The position numbers and the translations under genes are program-made. Source: a virus (Duplodnaviria; Heunggongvirae; Uroviricota; Caudoviricetes). Taken from it: DNA of 18,683 nt. The stretch spans positions 1 to 18,683 of IMG/VR virus record IMGVR_UViG_2675903436_000002; one strand, given 5' to 3'. This document shows positions 1 to 8,916 of the stretch, piece after piece. Each line of letters begins with the position of its first letter. Position 1 is the stretch's first letter. The notes beneath the pieces were generated by a model that was not told where the DNA came from, searched no databases, and saw nothing but the letters and a program-made list of their open reading frames with translations.

Positions 1-186
1 ATGGCAGAAAGGTTCGTGAAAACGATGAAGGAAGACTACATCGCGTTCATGCCGAAACCGAATATAAGAACGGCATTGCATAATCTTGCAGTGGCGATCG
101 AACATTACAATGAAAACCATCCGCACAGTGCGTTGGGTTATCGCTCTCCGCGAGAATATCGACGTCAGCGGGTAACGTTAACTTAA
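1..186 (+). CDS. IS3-family (IS2-group) transposase OrfB, C-terminal fragment; 5' end outside window
   Basis: Translation ...[19 protein letters not shown]...[19 protein letters not shown] matches the conserved C-terminal tail of IS2-type DDE transposases (remembered InsD tail ...ESFVKTIKRDYISIMPKPD...[19 protein letters not shown]). The ORF is open to the window edge; the ATG at position 1 is coincidental. Confidence 0.7.
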   Translation: MAERFVKTMKEDYIAFMPKPNIRTALHNLAVAIEHYNENHPHSALGYRSPREYRRQRVTLT

Positions 187-223
187 GATACACCCCCTGT
201 CTGGAAATAAGGGGGCAAGAACA
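1..223 (+). mobile_element. Right end of an IS3-family (IS2-like) insertion sequence; element continues beyond the left window edge
   Basis: Transposase C-terminal ORF (1..186) followed by terminal sequence TGTCTGGAAATAAGGGGGCAA (about 198..218), which resembles the IS2 right-end inverted repeat as I remember it. End coordinate is approximate. Confidence 0.6.
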
Positions 224-227
224 ATGA

Positions 228-971
228 TTAGATTCCCTGGTGAGTAAGAATTTTACTTTCTGAACTCCTCTGAGAGTATTGACTTGGAGAAACACCAAAA
301 TAACGTCTAAATACATAAGTAAAGTATGAGACACTGGCATAACCACAGACCTTAGCTACTTTACTAATAGGATAACAACGAGTGCTGAGTAAATATTCAG
401 CCATTTGCATCCTCTCATCAAGTAGGATCTTACTGAATGATACCCCCTCTTCTTTCAATTTCCTCTTTAGTAAACTTTCGCTGAGATATAATCTTGATGA
501 TATATCCTTAAGATGCCATGGTGCAGATAAATCCGTATGAATAATCGTTTTAACTTTAGCCCCTGTGCTTTTCAAACATCCAAACAGAAATACTCCAAAT
601 TGTTTTTCAGAAGAAAATGCAGAGAGACATGTAAAAGCAATAGACTCATCAAAAATTTCTATATATTCAGCACAGTGATTAGCCCAACTAATTAATCCTT
701 TAATTAAACTGAAGTCAGCAAAGTTTATTTTTAAATAAGATGGATATTCCCTACAATCAGAAATATCCCTTAAGTTATTAGCTTTCAAATAGCGACTAAT
801 AAACTCAGCGCCAAAATCCGCCACTATCACTCTTTCAGGATATGTCAGGAAAAAATCTCTATAGCTAGAGTCGACAAGTACAGATAAACCTCTATCCAGA
901 AACACACTCTCTTTTCCAAAATAAACATCAAAGGACTCCAAAATCAATATAACTGAACATGTAGTTGCCAT
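228..971 (-). CDS. AraC-family transcriptional regulator, AppY/EnvY-like (prophage-associated)
   Basis: C-terminal about 100 aa carries the two AraC HTH motifs (LKDISSRLYLSESLLKRKLKEEGVSFSKIL... and ISKVAKVCGYASVSYFTYVFRRYFGVSPSQY), resembling the DLP12-end regulators AppY/EnvY from memory. Strongly AT-rich gene. ATG at 971 has a GGTGGA SD 5-6 nt upstream; the ORF track starts at a GTG at 980. Stop lies about 5 bp from the IS terminus. Confidence 0.8.
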   Translation of the reverse strand: MATTCSVILILESFDVYFGKESVFLDRGLSVLVDSSYRDFFLTYPERVIVADFGAEFISRYLKANNLRDISDCREYPSYLKINFADFSLIKGLISWANHCAEYIEIFDESIAFTCLSAFSSEKQFGVFLFGCLKSTGAKVKTIIHTDLSAPWHLKDISSRLYLSESLLKRKLKEEGVSFSKILLDERMQMAEYLLSTRCYPISKVAKVCGYASVSYFTYVFRRYFGVSPSQYSQRSSESKILTHQGI

Positions 972-1754
972 ATCATCCACCCAATTTAACTGAAACCAGG
1001 ATGAAGTATATGCATATAAAGTTCACTTTGCCAAACTTCAGTATAAAAAACCACATAAAAAATAGGGTGTGATAAAAAATACCGTAAAAATAAAGTAAAG
1101 GATTATAAATTCCGTTACAGTTACAAATGATACTAAAGAAACAATTCCTTAGAAAACCTTATTTACAGCCAATAAGTAAGACACTTATATGATATCAAGT
1201 TTTCATAAAATATAACTAGGCTAAATAGCTGCGCCTAATACCGCTACACTTTTGCCAGCCCATGTTTGCCTCCGGGTATTGACCCCTTCTCTACGCAACT
1301 TCAGTTCCCACCACCAACTTTGCGGCAGCTTTGTAGGATCAATGTCTAAAAGAATAATGGTGACCGATAAGAAAACGACTGAATAACTGCAGATTTTCGC
1401 TCGAAACCTTCCTGTCAGATCCATAGCGAATCAAGTGCTGAATGTCACAGTATCGAACAGAAAACAGTGACGATCTAACCCTTCAAGAATATTCTACGAT
1501 TGTTCTGTTTAGGAAAAGCAAGGCGGGAAGTCGGGAGATAAGTCATTGATAAAGTGGCGGAGAGAGGGGGATTTGCCCCCCCGGTAGAGTTGCCCCTACT
1601 CCGGTTTTCGAGACCGGTCCAATCATCAAACGAAACATAAAATTAGCTCACATTATGAGGAAAAGTATCTTTTTTGTACTATGTAAATTCAAAGGCTTAG
1701 CCTCATTTCTCCGATGGTTTTCTCAACACTACTGGTTGTGAGCCCTTGCAATGA

Positions 1755-2573
<819 letters not shown>

Positions 2574-2593
2574 GTCTTTAAGTGATAAGCATA

Positions 2594-2640
2594 AACCGCA
2601 GCACGTCATGCATACGTCGTGTCTGCGGTTTTTCTTTTTT
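2594..2640 (+). terminator. Rho-independent terminator downstream of the GIY-YIG gene
   Basis: 8-bp stem AACCGCAG / CTGCGGTT (2594..2601 with 2623..2630) around a structured loop, followed by TTTTTCTTTTTT. Confidence 0.6.
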
Positions 2641-2825
2641 GCTTACACGGTGTCTGGTTCTTCTGGCCACTCAATATCCGGTGCAGTTGATGTATCAACA
2701 CGGTTCAGCAACACCCGATACTTTTTCCATGCGGCCAGTAACGCTTTCTCTTCCTCCGTTGCGATTTCCAGCTCAACAACAGTCTGAACGTACCGGGAAC
2801 AGCCTCCTTCAGAGCTTGAAGGATA

Positions 2826-5800
2826 TCAATGTTCGCTTCCTGTTAACTGCCGGACAAGTGCAACCAGTTCGCTTACCTGATTTTCCAGAGTGCTGATCCG
2901 GGTGTCTGCTGTTGCCAGATTTTGACGTAGCGTTGTGTTTTCCTCTTCCAGCGCGGTAACGCGATCATCTGTTTCACGGGCGACCTGAACAAGTAAACCC
3001 GTCACGGCGGCGTAGTCAACATTAAGATAGCGCGTTTCTTCGCGTAGCTCGTTGCCGTCAACGGTCGGGCCTTGCAACTCTTCACCGTAATGAGTAAACG
3101 ATCCCACAGCTTCTGGTATCGCCTCCATTACTTCCTGTGCAATAACGCCAGCATAAGGCATCCCGTTTTCCCTGAGCGTGTAGGTGTATCCGTTCATTTT
3201 ACGGATTGCTTTCGTCGCGTCGCTGATAACGAGAATATCGTCTTTAAGGTCGCGGTCTGATGACTGATTCAGCGTTGTGCAATTAATAGCGCCATTTACA
3301 TCAAACAACTGGCCTGCTGACGTTTTTTGCGCATAAAACAGATACGCAGCAGACGTGCCAACCTCAAAAACGTTTTGTCGAGTACTGGAACCCCACACCC
3401 TGATACCAACTGGTAGTTCTGAATTACCTGAATTAAGTAAAGCAAAACGATTGCCAGTCCCTGTTTGTTTTCTAATTACTAAATCGGCAGTTGAGTTAAC
3501 CTCATCTTTGTTGATGGTTAGCGCCTGTGCTGTAGCACCGTTGACAGTACCGCTTAGTAGTTGCACCGCGCCATCATCGCCATTTAACAGCACTTGAGCG
3601 CTGCTTCTGTGGTTTTTAAGGCACAACATTTTTCCCGTGTTTTTCGATGTACCTACTGACCACGCCGAATTGGTTCCAGTGCTATCAACACCGCGCACAG
3701 CACAATTCATACTACTGTAATCTGACGTACTCCCCAGCACATCAACACGCCCGCCGCCTAATTTTGATGGAGTCGTCGAGGTTAACGACCTGACGGTTAC
3801 ATCCTGATTCCATCCTGAAACAACTACCTGACTCCACTCCGTCCAACTTCCATTGACAACAAAGCGAACGTATATGCGTTTTGTGTCGCTGCCAATCAGC
3901 GTTTGCATGATCGCATAATCTGAACCCGTAGTTTTACGAGTAGATTCTACACGTAGCAAAAAGTTACCGCTTACGCCGTCAGGCTTATTGGTAATATATG
4001 CACCACCTGCGACAGTTTTGCATTGATAGTATTTAACAGATCCAGCCACTGTATTAGCAATGATCAAGTCGTTTAAATCAATAGTCTTGTTGTCAATGGT
4101 TTCCGGCTCGATAGATCCCGCCATACCTGCGTTAAATGTGGCAAGGTCAGAAAAGGTTGTTTTACCGCCTACCGTCACCCCGCTATCGAGTTTTGCTTGT
4201 GTGATTACTTTGCTGTTTTTTGTGTGGTCAGAATAACTACCAAAATACAAATCACCGTCACCAGCTATACCTAGGTATTTTTGATCAACATCATCAACCT
4301 TAAACCCAATGGACAAGTTTTTAATTGTGTTGTTGCTCGTTAAAACCAAAGGCGTATGCTGAGATCCTTTGATGCTTACCGTAGTGTTATCGGAACTGGT
4401 GCTTGTGTTTGCAAATTCTGCGGTGGCTGCGCTGATTTTGTAAGTTATTTTTAGATTGCGGGCCTCAACCCTCCCGTCGTGGCGAACAATAAAATCACCA
4501 CTTGATTCACCTTTTGTGTTTTTCGCCCTGATGTGGATTTCGCCAAGTGATTCGTTGTTTTCAGGCGACCAAACAACGCCGCGCTCGCTTCCGTCGTTGT
4601 TCATGAACCACAGATGAGCGGTTCCTTTTGCTGATTTTAGCCTGATAGATGGCGTTTCTTTCAATATATCAAGATCACCAGACATAACATCGCCGGATTT
4701 TTTCACCTGCGCATCGTTCGTTACGTTGCCAAGTCCAACATCCGATTTCGACGGCTTGTTTGCCGAGCCGTATAGCTCATTGACGCTAAAAGTCCCGTTG
4801 TTAAGCCGGGCATCGTTGCCGGCATAGATCTTAATCTTCGCGGTTGAGTAGTCGATATTGATCGCTGACCACGTATCGCCGCACCGCGAGAATATACCAG
4901 AACCGTGGCTATAAATGGTCGCCGTGCTTCCGGTCGGCTTATCACCGCGCCAGAAATGACCACCTTTGTCACGCAGAGCTTTTAAGATCTCTACATCGCT
5001 CATCTTGCCGTTTGTTGATATCCCGCTACCGCCAAGACCGAAAGCGCCTGTAAGCATAGCATTAGAAAGACCCAAATCTGCTTTAGTCGGCTTGTTTAAC
5101 TGGTCGTAAATCCTTACAACGGGGCTTTCAACATATCCAGAAGGCGCGGCGGTTTGCTTAACAAATCCGTCTGGAATGTATAATTCCGTGCGTGCCGTCT
5201 GCGCCAGTACCGCAACCTTTGCGCCGTTGATAAATGCACGCTGGAAGGCCCAAACCTCAATAAAGCCATCATCTTTAACCAGGCCGTAACGCATTTGCAT
5301 GCTATTGATTAGCCCGGTTGGCCCTAAACGGCGTATACTCAGGTAATTCCGCTCTGCCTGCTCTTTTGCATCCTGCAAATCCTTCTGGCGTTTTTTCTCC
5401 TGAAGCTCGTTAAGACGCTGCTGATCGTACTCAACCTGAGAAGATGATGCCGTCCAGGGGAGTCTTTTCGCCCGCGACACTTTCTCCTGTAAAGCGGAAA
5501 TCTGTTCATCCAGCGAGTCTTCACGACCAATATTCATGGCCGCATCCCAGAAACGACTCCATAAATCAGACAGATACTTCAGCGTACTGCCCAGCGCATT
5601 GAGGTTATTATCAATATCCGCAGTACGCCGACCGGTTTCCTCTGCCAGTGCAGACATGGCTATCCGTGCCGCATCACTGGACCGCCCCTGTTCCCCAAGG
5701 ACGCGTATCTGCTCAAGCTGAGTGGCAGTAAGAAAATGCAGCTCATTGTCCAGAGCCTTCGCGGCATTTACAGGATCATCCTTCAGCCGCTTAAACTGAT

Positions 5801-6134
5801 TTATGGTATCGCTGACCGACTGGCCAACCGATCGCTCCATCTGTGCGGCAGCTCTCGCCACCATACCGATATCGTTTCCACGAAATGCACCACTCCCCAC
5901 CACCTGAGCCAGCGCACCGGCTGCAGCATGTTGCGTGATACCATTCCCGGAAATAGCACGACTGAGCGTCCACAGCTGCCCGGCAGTGACTCCGGCATAA
6001 TGCCCCGTCAGCGACAGCTGGCGGTTAAATTCTTCCCCCTCCTTCTGACCGTCATACCAGGCTTTACCCAGACCATAGACAGCCGCGGCAATACCGCCAA
6101 TAACCCCGCCAAGCATCATGCCTTTCGGTGACAT
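2826..6134 (-). CDS. Chimeric tail protein ORF: tape-measure (lambda H-like) N-terminal segment fused to a tail-fibre body with C-terminal intramolecular chaperone (peptidase S74-like) domain; probably a deletion-derived remnant
   Basis: First about 230 aa (hydrophobic GMMLGGVIGGIAAAVYGLGKAWYDG, then ...LSRA...DAAMNIGRED... coiled-coil) align by eye with lambda H residues about 130-350. The middle is Ser/Thr/Gly/Asn-rich with fibre-like motifs (SDVGLGNVTNDAQVKKSGDVMSGDLDI). The last 144 aa start with SDRDLKDDILVISD..., the autoproteolytic chaperone signature of endosialidase/T5 pb1-type fibres. ORF begins 6 nt after the truncated terminase stop with no RBS of its own; an ATG at 6134 and a TTG at 6137 are both possible starts. 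Confidence 0.6.
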   Translation of the reverse strand: MSPKGMMLGGVIGGIAAAVYGLGKAWYDGQKEGEEFNRQLSLTGHYAGVTAGQLWTLSRAISGNGITQHAAAGALAQVVGSGAFRGNDIGMVARAAAQMERSVGQSVSDTINQFKRLKDDPVNAAKALDNELHFLTATQLEQIRVLGEQGRSSDAARIAMSALAEETGRRTADIDNNLNALGSTLKYLSDLWSRFWDAAMNIGREDSLDEQISALQEKVSRAKRLPWTASSSQVEYDQQRLNELQEKKRQKDLQDAKEQAERNYLSIRRLGPTGLINSMQMRYGLVKDDGFIEVWAFQRAFINGAKVAVLAQTARTELYIPDGFVKQTAAPSGYVESPVVRIYDQLNKPTKADLGLSNAMLTGAFGLGGSGISTNGKMSDVEILKALRDKGGHFWRGDKPTGSTATIYSHGSGIFSRCGDTWSAINIDYSTAKIKIYAGNDARLNNGTFSVNELYGSANKPSKSDVGLGNVTNDAQVKKSGDVMSGDLDILKETPSIRLKSAKGTAHLWFMNNDGSERGVVWSPENNESLGEIHIRAKNTKGESSGDFIVRHDGRVEARNLKITYKISAATAEFANTSTSSDNTTVSIKGSQHTPLVLTSNNTIKNLSIGFKVDDVDQKYLGIAGDGDLYFGSYSDHTKNSKVITQAKLDSGVTVGGKTTFSDLATFNAGMAGSIEPETIDNKTIDLNDLIIANTVAGSVKYYQCKTVAGGAYITNKPDGVSGNFLLRVESTRKTTGSDYAIMQTLIGSDTKRIYVRFVVNGSWTEWSQVVVSGWNQDVTVRSLTSTTPSKLGGGRVDVLGSTSDYSSMNCAVRGVDSTGTNSAWSVGTSKNTGKMLCLKNHRSSAQVLLNGDDGAVQLLSGTVNGATAQALTINKDEVNSTADLVIRKQTGTGNRFALLNSGNSELPVGIRVWGSSTRQNVFEVGTSAAYLFYAQKTSAGQLFDVNGAINCTTLNQSSDRDLKDDILVISDATKAIRKMNGYTYTLRENGMPYAGVIAQEVMEAIPEAVGSFTHYGEELQGPTVDGNELREETRYLNVDYAAVTGLLVQVARETDDRVTALEEENTTLRQNLATADTRISTLENQVSELVALVRQLTGSEH

Positions 6135-6142
6135 CAATGTGT

Positions 6143-6538
6143 CTATCCATCCGGCACGGTTACCGCCGCACTGCTTCTGAACGTTCTGTCGAGGCGCTTT
6201 TTAGAATGCTCGCGGGCCTTATCTTCGGTCATCTGCACAACGAGCATGTCCGAAGGATCGCAAACGATGGTATAGACAATCCATCCATCGATCAGACCAA
6301 TGGTCTTCCCTGTTCGCGCAGGACCAACAAAAATCACCGCATCGTATTCACGCGATGCCAGGCAGTTCATGGGCTCAATGATGTAGGGTGTCAGTTCAGG
6401 ATCCCATGGCACCGAGTTACCAGCCCCCTTGGGAACACGCATGAATTTTTTAACAGCCTCCGAAATCGGCATGCGACGTGGTGGGGAAAATCCTGCCGAT
6501 ATGTCCCTTCCCAAATTTCGGGCTGATGAAAAACCCAT
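6143..6538 (-). pseudogene. Terminase large subunit (GpA family), N-terminal 131-codon fragment
   Basis: Contains a Walker-A-like VGPARTGKT and an N-terminal pattern comparable to lambda gpA (VKSARVGYSK region). Strong SD AGGAGG before the ATG at 6538. ORF stops after 131 codons, where intact GpA-type terminases run about 640 aa. Start is positioned directly after the small-terminase stop. Confidence 0.6.
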
Positions 6539-6546
6539 TATTCCTC

Positions 6547-7074
6547 CTAGAGACTCTCTCCTTCCTCATCAGGAATTAATTCAGCAGCACAAGCCTCGTA
6601 GGATTTTTCCTGAAGAGTGTATCGCAGGTCATCAATGGCCTGCTGTACAACGCCGACGGCCTGAGGAGTCAGGGCGCAATCGCGTTCAAGAACATCCGGA
6701 ATTGTCTCCAGAACCTGGACGACAGCCTTTCTCATGGACGAATAGACGATGACTACTTCATCAACGGGGATGAGTTTTCGCTGCTCCTTTTCCAGCTTGA
6801 TCCTTTCATTTTCAGACTGGTACCAATCCTTTCTCTCTTTCGGCTCCATACGGGATGGATCATGAACAGAGTCTGCTGCCTCATGCTTCACACTAAACAG
6901 GGCAGACCCGACATGCTGCAGGGCGTAAACGGGGTTCCCCCTGACAGTCGCTGCCACAGGAGTGTTGGCCGCGAGGAGCCGTTTTTTTACTGTGTCCCGG
7001 TGAAGCCCAAAGGCCTCGGCGATTTTAAAAACACTCCAGTAATAAGCATCACCGATCCCGCTCACATTTGACAT
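6547..7074 (-). CDS. Terminase small subunit (Nu1/NohD-like DNA packaging protein)
   Basis: N-terminal HTH-like segment (WSVFKIAEAFGLHRDTVKKRL); sits immediately upstream of the large-terminase fragment and about 180 bp downstream of a cos-like site. GGAG SD before the ATG at 7074; the ORF track starts 4 codons earlier at 7086. Confidence 0.7.
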   Translation of the reverse strand: MSNVSGIGDAYYWSVFKIAEAFGLHRDTVKKRLLAANTPVAATVRGNPVYALQHVGSALFSVKHEAADSVHDPSRMEPKERKDWYQSENERIKLEKEQRKLIPVDEVVIVYSSMRKAVVQVLETIPDVLERDCALTPQAVGVVQQAIDDLRYTLQEKSYEACAAELIPDEEGESL

Positions 7075-7249
7075 AAGCAACTCCATCTGGCAGGTGAAAA
7101 TCAGGTTTATTTATATATTTCAATTAATTGCAAACTGGTCTAATGACAGGGAGAAAAAAATATTGTACAGGTAAAAAGAGAAATAACTTTTAATTATCAA
7201 TAAATTACCTAACATGCTGCCGCCGCCATGGAAATGCAAAAACTAGCCT

Positions 7250-7275
7250 TTTTCCGCGACGCTCCCGCCCCGTGG
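7250..7275 (-). other. cos-like site (cosN homolog) of the prophage
   Basis: Minus-strand sequence ACGGGGCGGGAGCGTCGCGG resembles lambda cosN (ACGGGGCGGCGACCTCGCGG, from memory), at the expected distance upstream of the small terminase gene. Confidence 0.45.
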
Positions 7276-7826
7276 CAGGCCCCCCCACCGGGAGGACCCG
7301 TCAGCCTGACAGCCATGACGAACGTCTGATACAGCCCTTGCATGAATGGCATCGGGATAATCCAGAAAGGAATAGCATCGACCCACAAAAATCTGTGTGA
7401 GTGTCCTGTTTCTTCCCCCCCCCCGCACAGGACTGGCGAGCATGAGGGACAACCCCGCGAACCATAACCGCGCTGATGACAGGACTGGCCCGGCTTGTAT
7501 TGCTTCCAGCCTTCGCTTTTGTGGCTTTTGCAATAGCCTGACGGATCTGTGGTGGTATTGCGGTAGCCGCGAACACGGCAGGTTTTTGGGGTTCGTGGGG
7601 GCATATGTACTCCAATGAAGAAGCCACCAACATAGCCTCCTCCATTCATCGTGAAACTATTTTCATCTACCCAGTAATGAATTCTTTGAAGAGTTGTGAT
7701 CAATACAACTCGCTAATGGAGAGGCTTGTCTCACACGTGAGACAAGCTTCCTGTTTGATTTACTGGACAGTATAGGAGGACAGAATGCCTTCCTCACTCG
7801 AATAACATCAATTAAGGAGGTTCAAC

Positions 7827-7949
7827 ATGTTTCATTCCACAAGTCATCAGGCTGTAATTATGGCAGCATCAGTTTGTGCCAAAGACCTTTTCCGCTTCAC
7901 TTTGAGCCTGATTCATTTCTACCTGACCGGCTCGCCTCTATCTTTTTAA
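7827..7949 (+). CDS. Small hypothetical ORF (40 aa) upstream of bor
   Basis: ATG preceded by a near-consensus SD AAGGAGG at 7 nt spacing; product MFHSTSHQAVIMAASVCAKDLFRFTLSLIHFYLTGSPLSF. Not in the ORF track because it is under 60 aa. No homolog recognised. Confidence 0.2.
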   Translation: MFHSTSHQAVIMAASVCAKDLFRFTLSLIHFYLTGSPLSF

Positions 7950-8129
7950 TCCCCGCTTTATCCAAATTGCATTGCCATAATGCCGACAACACACTGACAT
8001 TCAAATCCAGACTACCTCCAATAGTCTGACCGTACACCTATATAGTTTTAATTTTCATCAATCCATTTAACTATCGTTTAATTGTTGTCACATAGGATTC
8101 TGCTGTTTTTAACAATACAGGATAATAAG

Positions 8130-8423
8130 ATGAAAAAAATGTTGTTTTCTGCCGCTCTGGCAATGCTTATTACAGGATGTGCTCAACAGACGTTTACTGT
8201 TGGAAACAAACCGACAGCAGTAACACCAAAGGAAACCATCACCCATCATTTCTTCGTTTCGGGAATTGGACAGGAGAAAACTGTTGATGCAGCCAAAATT
8301 TGTGGCGGCGCAGAAAATGTTGTTAAAACAGAAACCCAGCAAACATTCGTAAATGGATTGCTCGGTTTTATTACTTTAGGCATTTATACTCCGCTGGAAG
8401 CGCGTGTGTATTGCTCACAATAA
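8130..8423 (+). CDS. bor: Bor lipoprotein (serum-resistance, Bor/Iss family)
   Basis: MKKMLFSAALAMLITGCAQQTFTV... with lipobox LITGC; near-identical to lambda Bor as I remember it. Convergent with Rz as in lambda. The ORF track start at 8082 is an upstream in-frame alternative. Confidence 0.9.
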   Translation: MKKMLFSAALAMLITGCAQQTFTVGNKPTAVTPKETITHHFFVSGIGQEKTVDAAKICGGAENVVKTETQQTFVNGLLGFITLGIYTPLEARVYCSQ

Positions 8424-8454
8424 TTGCATGAGTTGCCCATCGATATGGGCAGCT

Positions 8455-8916
8455 CTATCTGCACTGCTCATTAATATACTTCTGGGTTCCTTCCAGTTGT
8501 TTTTGCATAGTGATCAGCCTCTCTCTGAGGGTGAAATAATCCCGTTCAGCGGTGTCTGCCAGTCGGGGGGAGGCTGCATTATCCACGCCGGAGGCGGTGG
8601 TGGCTTCACGCACTGACTGACAGACTGCTTTGATGTGCAACCGACGACGACCAGCGGCAACATCATCACGCAGAGCATCATTTTCAGCTTTCGCATCAGC
8701 TAACTCCTTCGTGTATTTTGCATCGAGCGCAGCAACATCACGCTGACGCATCTGCATGTCAGTAATTGCCGCGTTCGCCAGCTTCAGTTCTTTGGCATTT
8801 TTGTCGCGCTGGGCTTTATAGGTAATGGCGTTATCACGGTAATGATTAACAGCCCATGACAGGCAGACGATGATGCAGATAACCAGAGCGGAGATAATCG
8901 CGGTTACTCTGTTCAT
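8455..8916 (-). CDS. rzpD: Rz i-spanin (inner-membrane spanin subunit)
   Basis: [21 protein letters not shown]... N-terminal TM followed by a charged coiled-coil; matches DLP12 RzpD / phage 21 Rz from memory. ATG at 8916 overlaps the endolysin stop (ATGA). Confidence 0.85.
   Translation of the reverse strand: MNRVTAIISALVICIIVCLSWAVNHYRDNAITYKAQRDKNAKELKLANAAITDMQMRQRDVAALDAKYTKELADAKAENDALRDDVAAGRRRLHIKAVCQSVREATTASGVDNAASPRLADTAERDYFTLRERLITMQKQLEGTQKYINEQCR
8514..8696 (-). CDS. rzoD: Rz1 o-spanin lipoprotein, embedded in the +1 frame of Rz
   Basis: [23 protein letters not shown]... with lipobox VVGC and a proline-rich stretch ([13 protein letters not shown]), entirely inside Rz in a different frame. 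Confidence 0.75.
   Translation of the reverse strand: MRKLKMMLCVMMLPLVVVGCTSKQSVSQCVKPPPPPAWIMQPPPDWQTPLNGIISPSERG

Noticed and set aside
47-346. 99-aa minus-strand ORF spanning the IS end and the AraC 3' end
   Set aside because: Antisense to the transposase tail and the IS inverted repeat, crosses the IS boundary, no RBS; a chance open frame.
1221-1424. 67-aa minus-strand ORF in the AT-rich intergenic region
   Set aside because: No SD, low-complexity product, lies in the promoter region of the AraC gene; probably non-coding.
1566-1617. Possible tRNA or tmRNA gene suggested by the T-arm-like hairpin
   Set aside because: No acceptor stem, D-arm or anticodon arm can be drawn and the loop has an extra T relative to the TTCRANY consensus; kept only as a structured-element finding.
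2582-2896. 104-aa plus-strand ORF overlapping the terminator and the fibre 3' end
   Set aside because: Runs through the terminator hairpin and antisense into the fibre gene; no start context.
3072-6131. Multiple 60-131-aa ORFs on both strands inside the fibre ORF (3072..3260, 3355..3597, 4721..4972, 5339..5530, 5536..5721, 5736..6131, 5791..5973, 5801..5998)
   Set aside because: All are alternative-frame or antisense frames within a long, well-supported coding region.
6128-7071. Plus-strand ORFs antisense to the terminase genes (6128..6526, 6429..6752, 6862..7071)
   Set aside because: Antisense to ORFs with recognisable terminase motifs; no independent support.
7397-7618. 73-aa plus-strand ORF in the GC-rich island as a YbcV-like gene upstream of bor
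   Set aside because: Overlaps the homopolymer tracts, has no RBS and I do not recognise the product; left as part of the GC-rich island finding.
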